From Felis catus (Eukaryota), in assembly GCF_018350175.1 (NCBI RefSeq), contig NC_058368.1, positions 80,786,001-80,850,000 on the forward strand: a DNA stretch of 64,000 nt. Direction: 5' to 3'. Each line of letters begins with the position of its first letter. Positions within the stretch are counted from its first letter, which is position 1. The translations under genes and the position numbers were made by a program. Shown here piece after piece: positions 62,911 through 64,000 of the stretch. A model generated the notes under the pieces. That model had not been told where the DNA came from and made no database searches. It was given only the letters and a program-made list of their open reading frames with translations.

Positions 62911-63599
62911 CCTGAGACCCCAGAGAGCAGGCACGAGGCCCGTTGGAACACCCTAGGGAACAAAGCCTAACTCTGCTCTGACACAGTGACGCCCATGGCC
63001 GACTTCAGCCCCACCCGGACACCCTTGTTTGCTGCCTCTCTGCCCCTCTCTGGCTGGCCTGGACTGCCTGATGTATCTGACCGTTGTCACCAGGCCCCAC
63101 AATTCATTGGCACCACTGTATCCCACTGTGTCACCCCCGCCCTCGACACTGTCAGGCTCCGATCGCCTCTGTCCCCAGCCTGAGCGGTGCCTCGGCTGCT
63201 AGAGAACGTCACCGCTGTGCACACAGCCCGTGGCCTCCACGAGGCCATCCTGCCCAGCCTTGCCGTTTCCTACCCTCCGCGTAGCGGCTCTCATTTCCCC
63301 CGGTGGCAAGCCCAAGCCTTTGCCGTCGGTCCCAGGCACCCACCCCATCTGCCTCCCTCCACGCCAGCACGGCCTGGCTTCTCGGCTCTCCCAGAAGGAG
63401 GCCTCGGGCTGCCCCCCAGCTCTCGGCTTGTGGTCTCCACAGGTTCCTGACACTTGTGGCCGCAGTTTGCGGTTGGCCACGTGAGCTGTGCTCCGCGCCA
63501 GCAGGCTGTGCTTGTGTCCCCAGCCCAGTCTCCAGAGCTTGGGAAAGTGCCACCCTCCCTGGCAAAGGGGACAGGGTGGAGGCCATCCTGGATGACTCA

Positions 63600-63890
63600 G
63601 ATCATCCCTGAGACCCAGTCTAACCACAGGGCCCCTTCCTGGCTTCAGTCAGAGAGAAAGATGTGGTGGTGGAGGACGGGTCACAGGCACAACGTGGCTG
63701 TCTATGGAGACAGAAGAGGTGGACCACGAGCCGAGGCGCGTGGAACCTGGAAAAGGCAACCAACCTTGACGCGAGTCCCGGAGACCCGTGTTGGACGTCT
63801 GACTTCCAGACTGTGAGAGAATCAATTGGTGTTGCTTTAAGCCGCTGAACTTGAGGCAGTTTGCTATGGTAGCAGTAGGACACAAGCACC
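63600..63890 (+). mobile_element. MLT1-family LTR (3' part)
   Basis: gaccacgagccgagg...ctggaaaaggcaa...gagacccgtgttggacgtctgacttccagactgtgag...gctttaagccgct...tttgctatggtagcagtagga. Confidence 0.85.
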
Positions 63891-64000
63891 GCGGCACTTT
63901 GACCGGGTCCCGCGTGGGGCAGTGTTCTCAGTAGATCCTTGTCGCATTCGCGGATGGGTGAAGGGGCGCACCGTGCCTTCCTTTCTCCTCCGGAATGATT

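Noticed and set aside
1-64000. Naming a host gene or claiming a novel biological system
   Set aside because: No exon could be matched to a known protein. The recognisable features fit known repeat and regulatory classes, so any gene name or new-system claim would be a guess.

Overview
Mammalian genomic DNA from a felid (Felidae/feliform carnivore), judged by about 20 tRNA-derived Can-SINEs of the SINEC_Fc type and carnivore-type L1 3' ends. It is a draft assembly with three N gaps. I find no credible protein-coding gene: the ORF track is explained by chance ORFs in GC-rich DNA, simple repeats, SINEs and L1 remnants. The window looks like the interior of a very large intron or a gene-poor interval. 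It contains a layered repeat record (young SINEC and L1 with target-site duplications; old L1M, L2, L3, MIR, MLT1/MLT2, MER73-like, MER5A and MER20), a 36-nt 3'-truncated U2 snRNA retrocopy with a TSD, CTCF-like motifs, and several repeat-free AT-rich islands dense in homeodomain/GATA/SOX motifs that resemble conserved non-coding enhancers. I could not name a host gene. The sequence does not support a new biological system. The best second-look items are the candidate enhancer set, a near-identical patch between two otherwise diverged L1 3' ends, a twin-primed L1 nested in a SINE tail, a SINE with a (GGAA)n tail, a templated-insertion scar, a degenerate ~40-bp minisatellite and two candidate cassette exons. 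Repeat family names come from remembered consensus motifs, not from a database search, and the boundaries of old repeats are approximate.
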